From positions 6,426 to 70,425 of the forward strand of contig CAZWTD010000002.1 in the NCBI GenBank assembly GCA_964637345.1: 64,000 nt of DNA. The letters are read 5' to 3'. How positions within the stretch are numbered: the first letter of the stretch is position 1; each line of letters begins with the position of its first letter. A program made the position numbers and the translations under genes. The DNA is from an uncultured Gammaproteobacteria bacterium. Lineage in GTDB: Bacteria; Patescibacteriota; Patescibacteriia; HK-STAS-PATE-3. The notes beneath the pieces were generated by a model. It was given only the letters and a program-made list of their open reading frames with translations. It did not search any database and had not been told where the DNA came from. Shown here piece after piece: positions 29,511 to 39,506 of the stretch.

Positions 29511-31601
29511 ATGGCTGAGAAATATATCCTCAAACGCACTGAAGGACCGTCGACCTTAAAGGTTGACTACGCGAAAGAGCTCAATGCAGAGCAGCTGACC
29601 GTTATTGAGAATGGCGACGGTCCGGTTCTCGTTCTCGCCGGCGCGGGCTCAGGAAAGACCCGGACGATCGTCTACCGCGTGGCCTACCTCCTTGAGCGGG
29701 GAATCCGGCCCGACAACATTCTCCTCGTTACGTTTACGAACAAAGCAGCAAAAGAGATGCTGTTTCGGATCCAGGAGCTCCTCGGCGCTTTTCCGAAAGG
29801 ACTTTGGGGCGGAACCTTTCATCATATCGCGAACCTTTTGCTTCGTCGCTTCGGTTCAAGCATTGGTTTTGAGCCGAATTTTACGATTCTCGATGAAGAG
29901 GATGCGAAATCCTTGCTTTCGGTATGCGTGAAGGATGAGGGGATTGATACAAAGGCGAAGCGTTTTCCCGCGCCGGCCGTTTTGAAGAGCATTATTAGTT
30001 TAAGCCTCAATACGCGCGAGTCGATTGAGGATGTTCTCGAGCGCCAGTATTCGAATTTTTTGCCTTTGGGCGAGTCGATTCGTACGGTTGCGAAGCGTTA
30101 CGCTGAGCGGAAAGCAAAGCATCATCTCATGGATTTTGATGACCTACTTGTTCAACTGGACCGCCTCCTTCGCGAACGGCCGGATATTCGCGAGCGGATC
30201 GCCGGGCAGTTCAAGTATGTGTTAGTCGATGAATACCAGGACACGAACCGCATCCAAGCTTCCCTCGTTGAACAGCTCGCGAGCGCTCATGGTAACCTGC
30301 TGGTGGTCGGGGATGACGCGCAGAGCATCTACGCCTTCCGCGGGGCAACGGTTCGGAATATTCTCGATTTTCCAAAAACCTTCCGCGGGGCAAAAACCTT
30401 TAAACTCGAGACGAACTACCGCTCGATTGAGCCGGTGCTCGAGGTAGCGAATGCCGTTATCCAGCATAATACCGAGCAGTTTGAGAAAACCTTAAAGCCG
30501 GTTCGCGCTGGGCGGGCGAAACCGATTGTCGTTCCGGCGGCTTCCACTGAACAAGAAGCGGAATTTATTAGCCAGCGCATATTGGAGTTTCGCGAAGACG
30601 GTATTCCGCTGTCGAACATTGCCGTGCTCTTCCGCGCGACCTACCAATCCCAATCGCTTGAATTCGAGCTGACCCGGCGGGATGTTCCCTACGAGTATCG
30701 TGGCGGCCTTCGTTTTTTCGAACGTGCCCATATTAAAGATGTCATTTCCTATCTTCGCTTGATCGATAACCCCCGGGATGAGGTGGCCTTTCTCCGCGTC
30801 GCGCAACTCTACGAGGGAATCGGGATTGAAACAGCCCTCAAACTCTGGCGCGAATGTTTCTCGAAAGTCACGCCGGGTGAAGGACTCGCGAGCGTTGACT
30901 GTTCAGCGGTTGGCGGCCAGCGGGCGCAGGCCGGGATCCAGGCGCTTCAGACTGCGTTGAAAGACCTTGGGAAGCCGGATGAGGCACAGCCCAGCGATCT
31001 TATCACGCGCGTTGCGAAAGGGAGTTACCGTGAGTATCTTCGCGTGACCTACCCGAATGCGGACGAGCGCTTTGAGGATTTACTCGAGTTATCCCGTTTT
31101 GGAGAACGCTATACGAAACTCTCGCTCTTTCTTTCCGAGGTTTCGCTCCAGGAGTCCTTCGGGGTCGGCGGAGAAGGGGAGGATCGGGAGAATGAACGGC
31201 TTGTCCTCTCAACGATTCATCAAGCGAAAGGCTTGGAGTGGGAAGTGGTTTTCCTGCTTGGGTGTAATGATGGGGCCTTTCCCAACCCGCGAGCGCTAAC
31301 CGAAGAAGGGGGAGTTGAGGAGGAGCGGCGCTTATTCTACGTTGCCGTGACCCGGGCGAAGACGCATTTGTTCCTGACCTATTCGATTGGCGTGAATATG
31401 CGGCTGACGACGATGCGAATGCAGCGGCCCTCGCCCTTCATCGGGGAAATTCCCGATGCGCTCGTTGAAGAGCTTCAGCTCTCCGAAGAGCCGCTTACTG
31501 ATCCGGATTTCGTTATCGAGCGGGATGAAAACGGGGAACCGATGAGCTTGCTCGATACCCTGCTTGCTTCGCACGAGCGGAGGAAGAAGCGTAGAGGGTA
31601 G
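29511..31601 (+). CDS. UvrD/PcrA family ATP-dependent DNA helicase
   Basis: AGAGSGKT, TFTNKAA, DEYQD, GDDAQSIY, TIHQAKGLEW, EERRLFYVAVTRA. Confidence 0.95.
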   Translation: MAEKYILKRTEGPSTLKVDYAKELNAEQLTVIENGDGPVLVLAGAGSGKTRTIVYRVAYLLERGIRPDNILLVTFTNKAAKEMLFRIQELLGAFPKGLWGGTFHHIANLLLRRFGSSIGFEPNFTILDEEDAKSLLSVCVKDEGIDTKAKRFPAPAVLKSIISLSLNTRESIEDVLERQYSNFLPLGESIRTVAKRYAERKAKHHLMDFDDLLVQLDRLLRERPDIRERIAGQFKYVLVDEYQDTNRIQASLVEQLASAHGNLLVVGDDAQSIYAFRGATVRNILDFPKTFRGAKTFKLETNYRSIEPVLEVANAVIQHNTEQFEKTLKPVRAGRAKPIVVPAASTEQEAEFISQRILEFREDGIPLSNIAVLFRATYQSQSLEFELTRRDVPYEYRGGLRFFERAHIKDVISYLRLIDNPRDEVAFLRVAQLYEGIGIETALKLWRECFSKVTPGEGLASVDCSAVGGQRAQAGIQALQTALKDLGKPDEAQPSDLITRVAKGSYREYLRVTYPNADERFEDLLELSRFGERYTKLSLFLSEVSLQESFGVGGEGEDRENERLVLSTIHQAKGLEWEVVFLLGCNDGAFPNPRALTEEGGVEEERRLFYVAVTRAKTHLFLTYSIGVNMRLTTMRMQRPSPFIGEIPDALVEELQLSEEPLTDPDFVIERDENGEPMSLLDTLLASHERRKKRRG

Positions 31602-31669
31602 GTTTTTCTGAACGAGATAGAGGGTCTGCGTTATCAGTATGAAAGATACGTCACGGGACTCGGGGTGAC

Positions 31670-31713
31670 AAAAAGGAAGACGCCCCTGGTCGCGAGAAGC
31701 GAGCAGGGGCGTT
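31670..31713 (-). terminator. Terminator of the orphan cassette
   Basis: ACGCCCCTG / CAGGGGCGT stem followed by a T-tract on the minus strand. Confidence 0.6.
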
Positions 31714-31733
31714 CGTGGTGTTCGAGACTCAAG

Positions 31734-31934
31734 CTAGGTTGCCGGAGTTGGGTCGGGTCGGGTCGCGGCGAGGGCCCGGGAGCAGTACTTCGGGTGCGTC
31801 GTGATCCAAGACTTCAGGACCGGTTCACCACAGTCTTGACAGCGAGCACAACCGCACTCGGTTTCATGGGTCATCTTGGACCCAGGCTTGTGACAAGAAC
31901 AGACACAGAGCGTCGGATCCATTCCTTCGTGCAT
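31734..31934 (-). CDS. Small Cys/His-rich protein
   Basis: SD AAGGAGG; CxCxCH, CxCxxCxxC, HxxxC. Confidence 0.55.
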   Translation of the reverse strand: MHEGMDPTLCVCSCHKPGSKMTHETECGCARCQDCGEPVLKSWITTHPKYCSRALAATRPDPTPAT

Positions 31935-31969
31935 GGAAGCCTCCTTTCAGGGCATCCAGGGTTTTCGGG

Positions 31970-32770
31970 TTACCAGGGCTTGGCTGTGCCGTCGACGTCG
32001 ACCCAGGTCGTCTGGCCGAGGAAGAGGTCGTTCATCAGGGGAACGATGTCGACGTCGAGCTCCTTGTAAAAGGTCCTTCGTGTGTCAGGCCCGAAGTTAC
32101 CGTCGGACTCGAGGCCGAAGAAGGTCTGGAAGGTCTTGAGCCACGCTATGGCCGCGTCGTCCATCACGCCGGTAAGCGCGAGGGGCGGCAGGGCCTGCCG
32201 GATAAACTCCGGGAGGATGCGAGAAGCCGCCTGCATGATGAGCTGGAGCGTAACCGCAGGCGGACCACTGGCCCGCGTCCCATCTTCAGCAATCGAGTTG
32301 AAGTAGGGCGGGAAGAGCGGCGCGACCCGGAGAAGCGATCCGTTGGTGGCAAACGACGGCTCGGCCATTCCGATGCCGTTGAGGGTCACGAGCCACGGAG
32401 GATCGGTGATCTTCCCAGAAGGGTTGATGCGCCGGGCGAAGGAGTGGCGACCACGAGGAACTTTCGCGCGCTTCGTTTCCCCGCCGACCGCCTCCTTGTA
32501 CAAGAGTCCGTCCCAGCCGCCAGCCGGGAGAACCGCGTACAGGACGGCGTCCAAGCGCGCACCTTCGATGTCCGCTTCGAACTGCGTAGCCTCCGCGCCG
32601 ACCGCGGGGTCGCTGACGAGGACGGCCCAGTCCTTCCCGTGCTTGTCCCGGGGATTGGGAATAATGATCATTGGGTAGGCCCCGGGACCGAGCCTGGTCG
32701 ACTCGGTGTCACCGCGTTTCGATGTTACCCGATACAGGCGACATCCCTTTTCTTCGACTGTAAGGAGCAT
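31970..32770 (-). CDS. Hypothetical protein with C-terminal peptidoglycan-binding domain
   Basis: LKTFQTFFGLESDGNFGPDT matches the PG_binding_1 pattern; SD GGAGG. Confidence 0.65.
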   Translation of the reverse strand: MLLTVEEKGCRLYRVTSKRGDTESTRLGPGAYPMIIIPNPRDKHGKDWAVLVSDPAVGAEATQFEADIEGARLDAVLYAVLPAGGWDGLLYKEAVGGETKRAKVPRGRHSFARRINPSGKITDPPWLVTLNGIGMAEPSFATNGSLLRVAPLFPPYFNSIAEDGTRASGPPAVTLQLIMQAASRILPEFIRQALPPLALTGVMDDAAIAWLKTFQTFFGLESDGNFGPDTRRTFYKELDVDIVPLMNDLFLGQTTWVDVDGTAKPW

Positions 32771-32939
32771 GAGACCTCCCTCCTAGGGTAGTGGTTTCTG
32801 TTGGAACTCCGAGAGGAGCCTAGCTTTTAGGGGAAAAAAGTGCAAGACAGGTAGAGAGGAGGGAGTTATCCACCACCCAGGCCATTTCTTTGACGAATCG
32901 ACAAGAAAATGACGATTTTGAAGTGGTTGACGCGAATAG

Positions 32940-33010
32940 GAAAGTGGTATAAAATGGATGAAGAAGGGTGAAAAGTGGATAAAAGTGGGGATAAGTCCGA
33001 AGAAGAGTGG
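32940..33010 (+). promoter_or_regulatory. MraZ-binding direct repeats
   Basis: AAAGTGG-like units with roughly 10 bp period upstream of mraZ. Confidence 0.75.
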
Positions 33011-33043
33011 ACAACCCAATATCCCGCCCGAATACACGATTCT

Positions 33044-33475
33044 ATGTTTATCGGCGAATATTATCACGCGGTTGATGAAAAAGGGCGGCTCGCCATCCCG
33101 ATTAAGTTCCGGGAAGAGCTGTCGAAAGGGGCAGTCGTTACGCGCGGGCTCGATAACTGTCTTTTCCTCTACACCCAGAAAGAGTGGGAAGCCCTCGCCG
33201 GAAAACTCGCCAATTTGCCAATCGCCCGAGCGAATACCCGGGCTTTTTCGCGGTTAATGCTTGCCGGGGCGATGGACGTCGAAATCGACAAGCAGGGGAG
33301 AGTCGTCCTCCCTGATTATTTGCGGAAGTTTGCCGGGTTAAAGAAGAAAGTCGTTGTGGCTGGGCTCTATAACCGCCTTGAACTTTGGGATGAACTGGCC
33401 TGGAGCCGCTACAAGGCCTCAACGGAGAAGACAAGCAGTGATATCGCCGAAGCGCTCGGAGAACTCGGCGTCTAA
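33044..33475 (+). CDS. mraZ: Division/cell wall cluster regulator MraZ
   Basis: MFIGEY..DEKGR, DKQGR. Confidence 0.96.
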   Translation: MFIGEYYHAVDEKGRLAIPIKFREELSKGAVVTRGLDNCLFLYTQKEWEALAGKLANLPIARANTRAFSRLMLAGAMDVEIDKQGRVVLPDYLRKFAGLKKKVVVAGLYNRLELWDELAWSRYKASTEKTSSDIAEALGELGV

Positions 33476-34433
33476 GCGCCCTTCAAAAAATCAAACCGGA
33501 CATATTCCGGTTCTCCTGACGGAAACCCTCGCCTGGCTCAGTCTAAGGCCTGGCGACCACAGCCTCGATCTCACGGTCGGCGGAGGTGGTCACGCGGCCG
33601 CGCTCCTTGAAGCGACAGGTCCAGCAGGAAAGCTTATCGGCTTTGACGCTGATCCAGACACGCTCGCGATCGCTCGCGAACGGCTCCGGGCCTACGGCCG
33701 CCGAGTCCATCTCATCCACGCCAACTTTCGCGATTGTCGCGCCATACTCAATGATCAATTTCCAGACTTTCGACCTCGCGCTGTTCTACTTGACCTTGGC
33801 CTCTCTTCATTGGCACTCGGGGCAGCTCATTCCAGATTTTCTTTCCTAGGTAAGGGACCGCTCGATTTCCGCTTTGATCCGACCCGAGAGGGGACGACCG
33901 CCGCGGATCTCGTGAATACCGCTCGCGAAGATGAGCTTATCGAGATGTTCCGGAGCTACGGCGAGGAGCCAGAAGCGAAGCGGATTGCCCGGGCGATTAT
34001 CGCTCGGCGCAAGGAAGCGCCGATTCACTTCACTCAGGAGCTCAGTGAAGTCATTGTCGCTGCGCTTCCAAAAGGCCGGCGCCCCGGACGCATCCATCCG
34101 GCAACGCGAAGCTTCCAGGCGCTGCGGATCGCCGTGAACGACGAACTCGGAGCCCTTGAACAGGTTCTCCCTGATCTCCTCGAAGTAGTCCCGAAGGGTG
34201 GACGGCTCGCAGTTCTGAGCTACCACTCGCTCGAAGACCGGATCGTGAAGCATTTCTTCCGGAATGAAGCGCGCGACTGCCTTTGCCCGGCCGAACAGCC
34301 GACCTGCACCTGCGGACATCGCGCCAAGCTCCGCGTCCTTACCCCGCATCCCATTATTCCATCTCCGACTGAACAAACTCACAACCCGCGATCCCGGAGC
34401 GCCAAGCTCCGCGTCGCAGAAAGGATAGCCTGA
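33438..34433 (+). CDS. rsmH: 16S rRNA m4C1402 methyltransferase (GTG start inferred)
   Basis: HIPVL, GGGGH, DLGLSS, FQALRIAVN, HSLEDR, NPRSRSAKLR. Confidence 0.93.
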   Translation: MISPKRSENSASKRPSKNQTGHIPVLLTETLAWLSLRPGDHSLDLTVGGGGHAAALLEATGPAGKLIGFDADPDTLAIARERLRAYGRRVHLIHANFRDCRAILNDQFPDFRPRAVLLDLGLSSLALGAAHSRFSFLGKGPLDFRFDPTREGTTAADLVNTAREDELIEMFRSYGEEPEAKRIARAIIARRKEAPIHFTQELSEVIVAALPKGRRPGRIHPATRSFQALRIAVNDELGALEQVLPDLLEVVPKGGRLAVLSYHSLEDRIVKHFFRNEARDCLCPAEQPTCTCGHRAKLRVLTPHPIIPSPTEQTHNPRSRSAKLRVAERIA

Positions 34434-34789
34434 TGAGCCTTCTGACCACCCGAACCCGACGAACAGTAGCCCAAGATCTCGCTGCAAATCTTGTAACGAC
34501 GATTAAGGTACGCATGACAGCGCTTACGCTTGTTGGGATTTTTTTAAGCTTAGCGGGCGGAATTACCTATCTCACGTTGATTAACCGGACCGCGACAACG
34601 GGTTTTGAGATTAAAGCGCTCGAGCAGCGAGTCAGCGAGCTCCGCGATACAAACCGAAAGCTTGAACTTCAGGCAACCCAGCTTCGTTCGCTTTCAACAG
34701 TCGAGTCAGCGACCGAGTCGCTCGGACTGACCCAGGTCGCCCAGATAGAGTACCTTCCGACCGGGACGACCGCAGTCGCGCAAAAGTAA
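34433..34789 (+). CDS. ftsL: FtsL-like division protein
   Basis: TM plus coiled coil located between rsmH and ftsI. Confidence 0.7.
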   Translation: MSLLTTRTRRTVAQDLAANLVTTIKVRMTALTLVGIFLSLAGGITYLTLINRTATTGFEIKALEQRVSELRDTNRKLELQATQLRSLSTVESATESLGLTQVAQIEYLPTGTTAVAQK

Positions 34790-34795
34790 GCACCT

Positions 34796-36550
34796 ATGTC
34801 CGTCCCTCGACGCGGTTCCCGGCCAACGAAGCCACGTCGGTCTTTGGATCGGCTGACAGTCGCCGTTATTGCGCTTTTTAGCTTTGCGGCGATCATTATC
34901 TTCCGTTTATTCACTCTCCAGGTTCTCGCGCACGGGTTTTATGAAACCCTAGCCGCTGGACAGTATGAAATTGCTGAGCGTTTAGTCCCGACCCGAGGAG
35001 ATATTCTTGTTCGCGATCGTTTTTCGGGCGACACCTTATTTCCCCTCGCAACAAACGAGGATTTATATTTAGCGTACGCGGTTCCGAAACGCGTGGAGGA
35101 TCCGGCTGGGGCCGCGGAGAAGCTGGCCGACATGCTTGAGCTTCCAGTCGAGGAGATTCTTCCGCGTTTAGAAAAGTCTGACGATCTGTACGAGCCCTTG
35201 AAACGAAAGGTGACCGAGGAAACGAAAACGGCGATTGATGAGCTGAATCTTCGGGGAATTGAATTTGCCCGAGAGAGTAATCGCTATTATCCGGAAGGCG
35301 AAATCGGGAGTCACATTCTTGGTTTTGTGGGCTACGACGGGAATGAACGAAAAGGTCAGTATGGACTCGAAGCTGCGTTCCAAGAGGAGCTCGCCGGGAA
35401 GGCCGGGATGTTGACCGCCGAGCGCGATGCGGCCGGTCGTTGGATTACTGTTTCGGATAAAATGCTTGAAGAGGCTCAAGACGGAGATGATTTGATTCTC
35501 ACAATCGATCGGACCGTTGAGTATACGGTGTGCACAAAGCTCTCTGAAGCTGTTCAGAAGCACGGCGCAACGGGCGGGAGCGCAATAGTTATGGATCCAA
35601 ACACCGGCGCAATCCTCGCGATGTGCGGATATCCAGACTATGATCCGAATGAGTACAATAAAGTTGAAAACATCAACGCCTTCATCAATCCTTCGCTCCA
35701 GTCCTACGAGCCGGGTTCGATTTTTAAGCCGATCACTATGGCGGCCGCGCTTGACCAGGGCAAGGTAACACCGGCGTCAACCTATGAGGATACTGGAAGC
35801 GTTGAGATCGCGAACTTCACGATTAAAAACTCTGACGGGAAGGCCCACGGGACCGCGACGATGACGCAGGTACTTGAGGAGTCACTGAACACCGGGGCAA
35901 TCTATGCGGCCGAACAAGTCGGGCCCGAGAAGTTTCTCGAGTATGTTCAGAAATTCGGCTTTGGGGAAAAAACGGGAATTGAGCTTGGCGGTGAATCGGC
36001 TGGAACTCTCGGCGAACTCCCAACCGGAAAAGAAATCTATATGGCTACCTCTTCGTTCGGCCAAGGGTTGACAACGACACCTTTGCAGATGGCCGCAGCG
36101 TACGCGGCGATCGCCAACGGCGGGAAACTCTATACACCATACCTAGTGGACGAGATTGTGAAACCGAACGACTATCGCGTGAAAACTGAACCGACGCTTG
36201 TTCGCCAAGTGATTGATGCAAAAACGGCAACGACGCTATCGGCGATGCTGGTGAATGTTGTGAAAGGGTCGCACGGGAGACGGGCCGGCGTTCCGGGTTA
36301 CTATATCGCCGGGAAAACCGGAACAGCCCAGATTCCCCGAAAGGACGGACCGGGCTACGATCCGAATCGGACCATCGGCTCTTTCGCCGGCTTTGGGCCG
36401 GTTGAAAACCCGAAGTTCGTTATGGTGGTAAAAATTGAGGATCCGAAAGACGTGCGCTTTGCGGAAAGCACGGCCGCCCCGCTCTTCGGCGAGATCGCGC
36501 AGTTCCTTATGAACTATTACGAAGTTCCGCCTAGCGCACCAAGGGAGTAA
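34796..36550 (+). CDS. ftsI: Class B penicillin-binding protein (FtsI-like)
   Basis: RGDI, RYYP, EPGSIFK, SLN, KTGTAQ. Confidence 0.92.
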   Translation: MSVPRRGSRPTKPRRSLDRLTVAVIALFSFAAIIIFRLFTLQVLAHGFYETLAAGQYEIAERLVPTRGDILVRDRFSGDTLFPLATNEDLYLAYAVPKRVEDPAGAAEKLADMLELPVEEILPRLEKSDDLYEPLKRKVTEETKTAIDELNLRGIEFARESNRYYPEGEIGSHILGFVGYDGNERKGQYGLEAAFQEELAGKAGMLTAERDAAGRWITVSDKMLEEAQDGDDLILTIDRTVEYTVCTKLSEAVQKHGATGGSAIVMDPNTGAILAMCGYPDYDPNEYNKVENINAFINPSLQSYEPGSIFKPITMAAALDQGKVTPASTYEDTGSVEIANFTIKNSDGKAHGTATMTQVLEESLNTGAIYAAEQVGPEKFLEYVQKFGFGEKTGIELGGESAGTLGELPTGKEIYMATSSFGQGLTTTPLQMAAAYAAIANGGKLYTPYLVDEIVKPNDYRVKTEPTLVRQVIDAKTATTLSAMLVNVVKGSHGRRAGVPGYYIAGKTGTAQIPRKDGPGYDPNRTIGSFAGFGPVENPKFVMVVKIEDPKDVRFAESTAAPLFGEIAQFLMNYYEVPPSAPRE

Positions 36551-36576
36551 ACGCTTGGTAGAGAAGGAGGTGGGTC

Positions 36577-37281
36577 ATGGAGGAGTATCGCTTCTTTGAG
36601 GGAGAAGCGCTTCACTGGGTGACCGGACGGATTGAACGGTATTGCGCCTGGTATCGAATTCGGCGCCTACCTGATGGCTCTGAAGAATGGACCCGCTGTC
36701 CTGGAATCACGTTCCTCGGACAAGCCTGCGCCCCCGTTCACCTGAACGCGGGCGCTTTTCGAAAAAAAAGAACCCGGAGGAGCGGAGCCCATGCAGGAAT
36801 TCTGCAGTGGGATCCGTCCTCCGGGAAACGGCGACTCGTCGAGGCCTACCTCGGATTGGCAGTCGAGAGCCGCCCTGATAGGGGACCGACGCGGACTTAC
36901 CGCGAGGGTTGGGAATGCGGCATTCCGCGTCGGTTCGAGTCCTTGGACAGATTTGAGCGGCTTCTCCCCGCAGAGTTCCTATCTCATATCCATCCGACTC
37001 GACAACAAAGAGCAGAAGGAGTCTACTCGGTTTTCGGTAACATGTCAAGGGCGGAAGAAACAATTCGTGGATTGTCTAGCCAATGGTATACTATCAATGG
37101 CTACTATGACGAAAGAATCGTTGCTCCGAAAACTCGAAAATCTCTTAGCTTGGCTGAGCCTACGGATCATTCGGAAATATCGTCCGGATATTATTGCCGT
37201 GACCGGCAGCGTTGGAAAGACCGGAACAAAGGATGCGATTTTTTGCGTCCTCGCTGGTTCGTTTGGCGTTCGGAAAAGTGA
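36577..37281 (+). CDS. Orphan hypothetical protein inside the dcw cluster (3' end uncertain)
   Basis: SD AAGGAGGT; ORF overlaps the murF 5' end by about 185 nt. Confidence 0.45.
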   Translation: MEEYRFFEGEALHWVTGRIERYCAWYRIRRLPDGSEEWTRCPGITFLGQACAPVHLNAGAFRKKRTRRSGAHAGILQWDPSSGKRRLVEAYLGLAVESRPDRGPTRTYREGWECGIPRRFESLDRFERLLPAEFLSHIHPTRQQRAEGVYSVFGNMSRAEETIRGLSSQWYTINGYYDERIVAPKTRKSLSLAEPTDHSEISSGYYCRDRQRWKDRNKGCDFLRPRWFVWRSEK

Positions 37282-38428
37282 AGGAAACTTAAACAATGAA
37301 CTTGGTTTACCACTTTCGATTTTGGGTGAACGATCAGGCGGGCGGAATCCCTTCGCGTGGCTTCGTATCCTCGGGAAGGCCTTTCGTTTTCTCCTCCAGT
37401 CTCGGCCCTTTCCCGAACTGCTCATCCTTGAGATGGGAGCAGATCACCCCGGCGATCTCGAGCGCTTAACCCAGATTGCTCGGCCGCGCGTGAGCGTGAC
37501 CACGGCCGTCGCGCCGGTTCATACGGAATTTTTTTCCTCACTCGAGGCGCTCGCTGCAGAGAAGGCGACGCTCGCTCGGCGGACCGAGCCCGACGGATAT
37601 ACCATCTTGAACGCCGATGATCCGGTGGTCATCGGGTTCCGTGACAAAACGGATGCGCGGGTGCTTTCCTATGGCTTTTCGCCAGAAGCGGATCTTCGGG
37701 CAACTTCGTTTGACGTCATTCGTTCAACGAAGGAACATATTCCGAGCGGATTGCGCTTTATCTTATCGTATGAGGGAAAGCACGTTGAAGTAACGCTGCA
37801 CGGAGCGCTTGGTCGTCCTGCAGTGAGCGCCGCCTTAGCCGGCGCAGCTGTTGGTATCGTTTACGGCCTTGAGTTGTCCGCAATAGCCGAAGCGCTCGGA
37901 CATCTCCAAATGCCGAAAGGCCGCCTTCGACCGCTCCGAGGGATTAATCAGTCTTTGCTCATCGACGACACCTACAACGCAAGCCCCCGCGCCGCAATCG
38001 CCGCACTGGATGTTTTGGGTGACCTGGCTGAAGCGCCCGCGTCCGATCGAGGAGCGAACTCCGGTCGGCGGATTGCCGTGTTTGGGAACATGGCCGAACT
38101 CGGGCATTTGAGCGAGGCGGGACATCAAGAGGTCGGGGAGCATGCTGCAAAAATCTGCGATCTCCTCATTACGGTCGGGGACCTCGCGAAGGGGATAGGC
38201 GCGGGCGCGGTTAAGGCGGGGTTCGCCGCGAAGCGCGTCGCGAGCTTTGAGGATCAAAGTTCGGCTCTACATCTTCTTCGTCAGGAAATTGGTCCGAAGG
38301 ATCTCATCCTTATTAAAGGTTCTCAATCGGCTCGGATGGAAAAGCTGACCGCTGCGCTGCTTGAAAACCCGGCCGACGCGCAACTCCATCTTGTGCGCCA
38401 AGGGCCGGAGTGGACGCGGCCGCATTGA
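37097..38428 (+). CDS. murF: UDP-MurNAc-tripeptide:D-Ala-D-Ala ligase
   Basis: TGSVGKT, NNELGLP, EMG, DDTYNASP, MAELG, KGSQ. Confidence 0.93.
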   Translation: MATMTKESLLRKLENLLAWLSLRIIRKYRPDIIAVTGSVGKTGTKDAIFCVLAGSFGVRKSEGNLNNELGLPLSILGERSGGRNPFAWLRILGKAFRFLLQSRPFPELLILEMGADHPGDLERLTQIARPRVSVTTAVAPVHTEFFSSLEALAAEKATLARRTEPDGYTILNADDPVVIGFRDKTDARVLSYGFSPEADLRATSFDVIRSTKEHIPSGLRFILSYEGKHVEVTLHGALGRPAVSAALAGAAVGIVYGLELSAIAEALGHLQMPKGRLRPLRGINQSLLIDDTYNASPRAAIAALDVLGDLAEAPASDRGANSGRRIAVFGNMAELGHLSEAGHQEVGEHAAKICDLLITVGDLAKGIGAGAVKAGFAAKRVASFEDQSSALHLLRQEIGPKDLILIKGSQSARMEKLTAALLENPADAQLHLVRQGPEWTRPH

Positions 38429-38495
38429 CCGGATCCGGAGAAAAAGGTAAAATAAGAGCGCCGTCGGAGAAAAACGCGACGGCGCAAAAAATAGC

Positions 38496-39506
38496 ATGAA
38501 ACGCCCCCGCGTCCTCCTCCTCATCGCCGGCGGAACCTCCCTTTCTCCAAAGGAAAGCACGAAGGCGCCGGTTCAATCAGCTCGCGACGTCCCGGCCTGG
38601 ATGCGCGAGCTTCAAGAGCTTCTCATCGTCGCTGATCTCGACCCACTTTTTCTTTCCGCCGGGAGTCCGGACGGACTTCAGTCGGACCTTTGGGAACGCA
38701 TCGGGAAAATCGTTGAACGCGAGTATACATCCTACGACGGCTTTGTCCTTACGCACGACATTGAGTCAATTCATTATTCGGCCCCGGCGCTTGCGCTTGC
38801 GTTTGAAGGAATTGGAAAGCCTTTTGTCCTTACGGCGTCGCCCTATGACCTGATGCGCCGGAGTGTCCCGAAGTCGATTCAGTCGATTTTCCAGGAGTAC
38901 CGCGGTTTCGGCAATAAAGACAATCTCTTGAATGCGCTCCACGTCGCGGTCGGGGATCTCGCGGAAACCTGCCTCGTCTTTGGTAACCAAATCCATCGAG
39001 CGATCGAAGTTGAGCCGAGCCGAGAACCAAGCTTGAATTACTTTAGCTCGCTAACCGGCGAGCTCATCGGTAAAGTCGACTTCGGTCTAAAGTTGTTTGC
39101 GCCGGTACGTCGTCGGTCAGGAAAGCCTTTCCCGGTTCGTGCGAAGTATGATGCGCGGCTTACGGTTCTCGATATTCATCACGGAGCTTCGACCACGCAG
39201 CTGCTCGGCCTTATTCGCTCGAAGCCGAACGCCGTTTTCGTCGAGCTTGATGAGCTCATGACGCTCCCGAAAGAAATCGGAAAAGCCTTAACCGAGCTCC
39301 AGAAGTCCGGAGTTCCGGTTTTTCTTCACCGGGAGCACGGCGAACTTGAGCCACGGCTGCCCCTCCTGCGCCTGCCCGGAATTCCGTATCATACCGCTTT
39401 CGTCCTCGCGATGTGGATGCTTGGCCAAACGCACGCTCTGCCGAAGCTTCGGCAACTACTTGAGGCAAAGCTCGCGCTTACGAAGCTGAAAGGAGCGCGA
39501 TTATGA
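38496..39506 (+). CDS. Asparaginase-fold protein, catalytic residues degenerate
   Basis: LIAGGT; YDGFVLTHDIES where active enzymes have HGTDT; KPFVLT. Confidence 0.7.
   Translation: MKRPRVLLLIAGGTSLSPKESTKAPVQSARDVPAWMRELQELLIVADLDPLFLSAGSPDGLQSDLWERIGKIVEREYTSYDGFVLTHDIESIHYSAPALALAFEGIGKPFVLTASPYDLMRRSVPKSIQSIFQEYRGFGNKDNLLNALHVAVGDLAETCLVFGNQIHRAIEVEPSREPSLNYFSSLTGELIGKVDFGLKLFAPVRRRSGKPFPVRAKYDARLTVLDIHHGASTTQLLGLIRSKPNAVFVELDELMTLPKEIGKALTELQKSGVPVFLHREHGELEPRLPLLRLPGIPYHTAFVLAMWMLGQTHALPKLRQLLEAKLALTKLKGARL

Noticed and set aside
32940-33010. Short direct repeats as mini-CRISPR or iterons
   Set aside because: About 10 bp period directly upstream of mraZ fits known MraZ operator repeats; no spacers, cas or rep gene.
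36791-37096. 100 aa N-terminal extension of MurF in the ORF track
   Set aside because: Homology-like sequence and a -10 box point to a start at 37097 or 37106.
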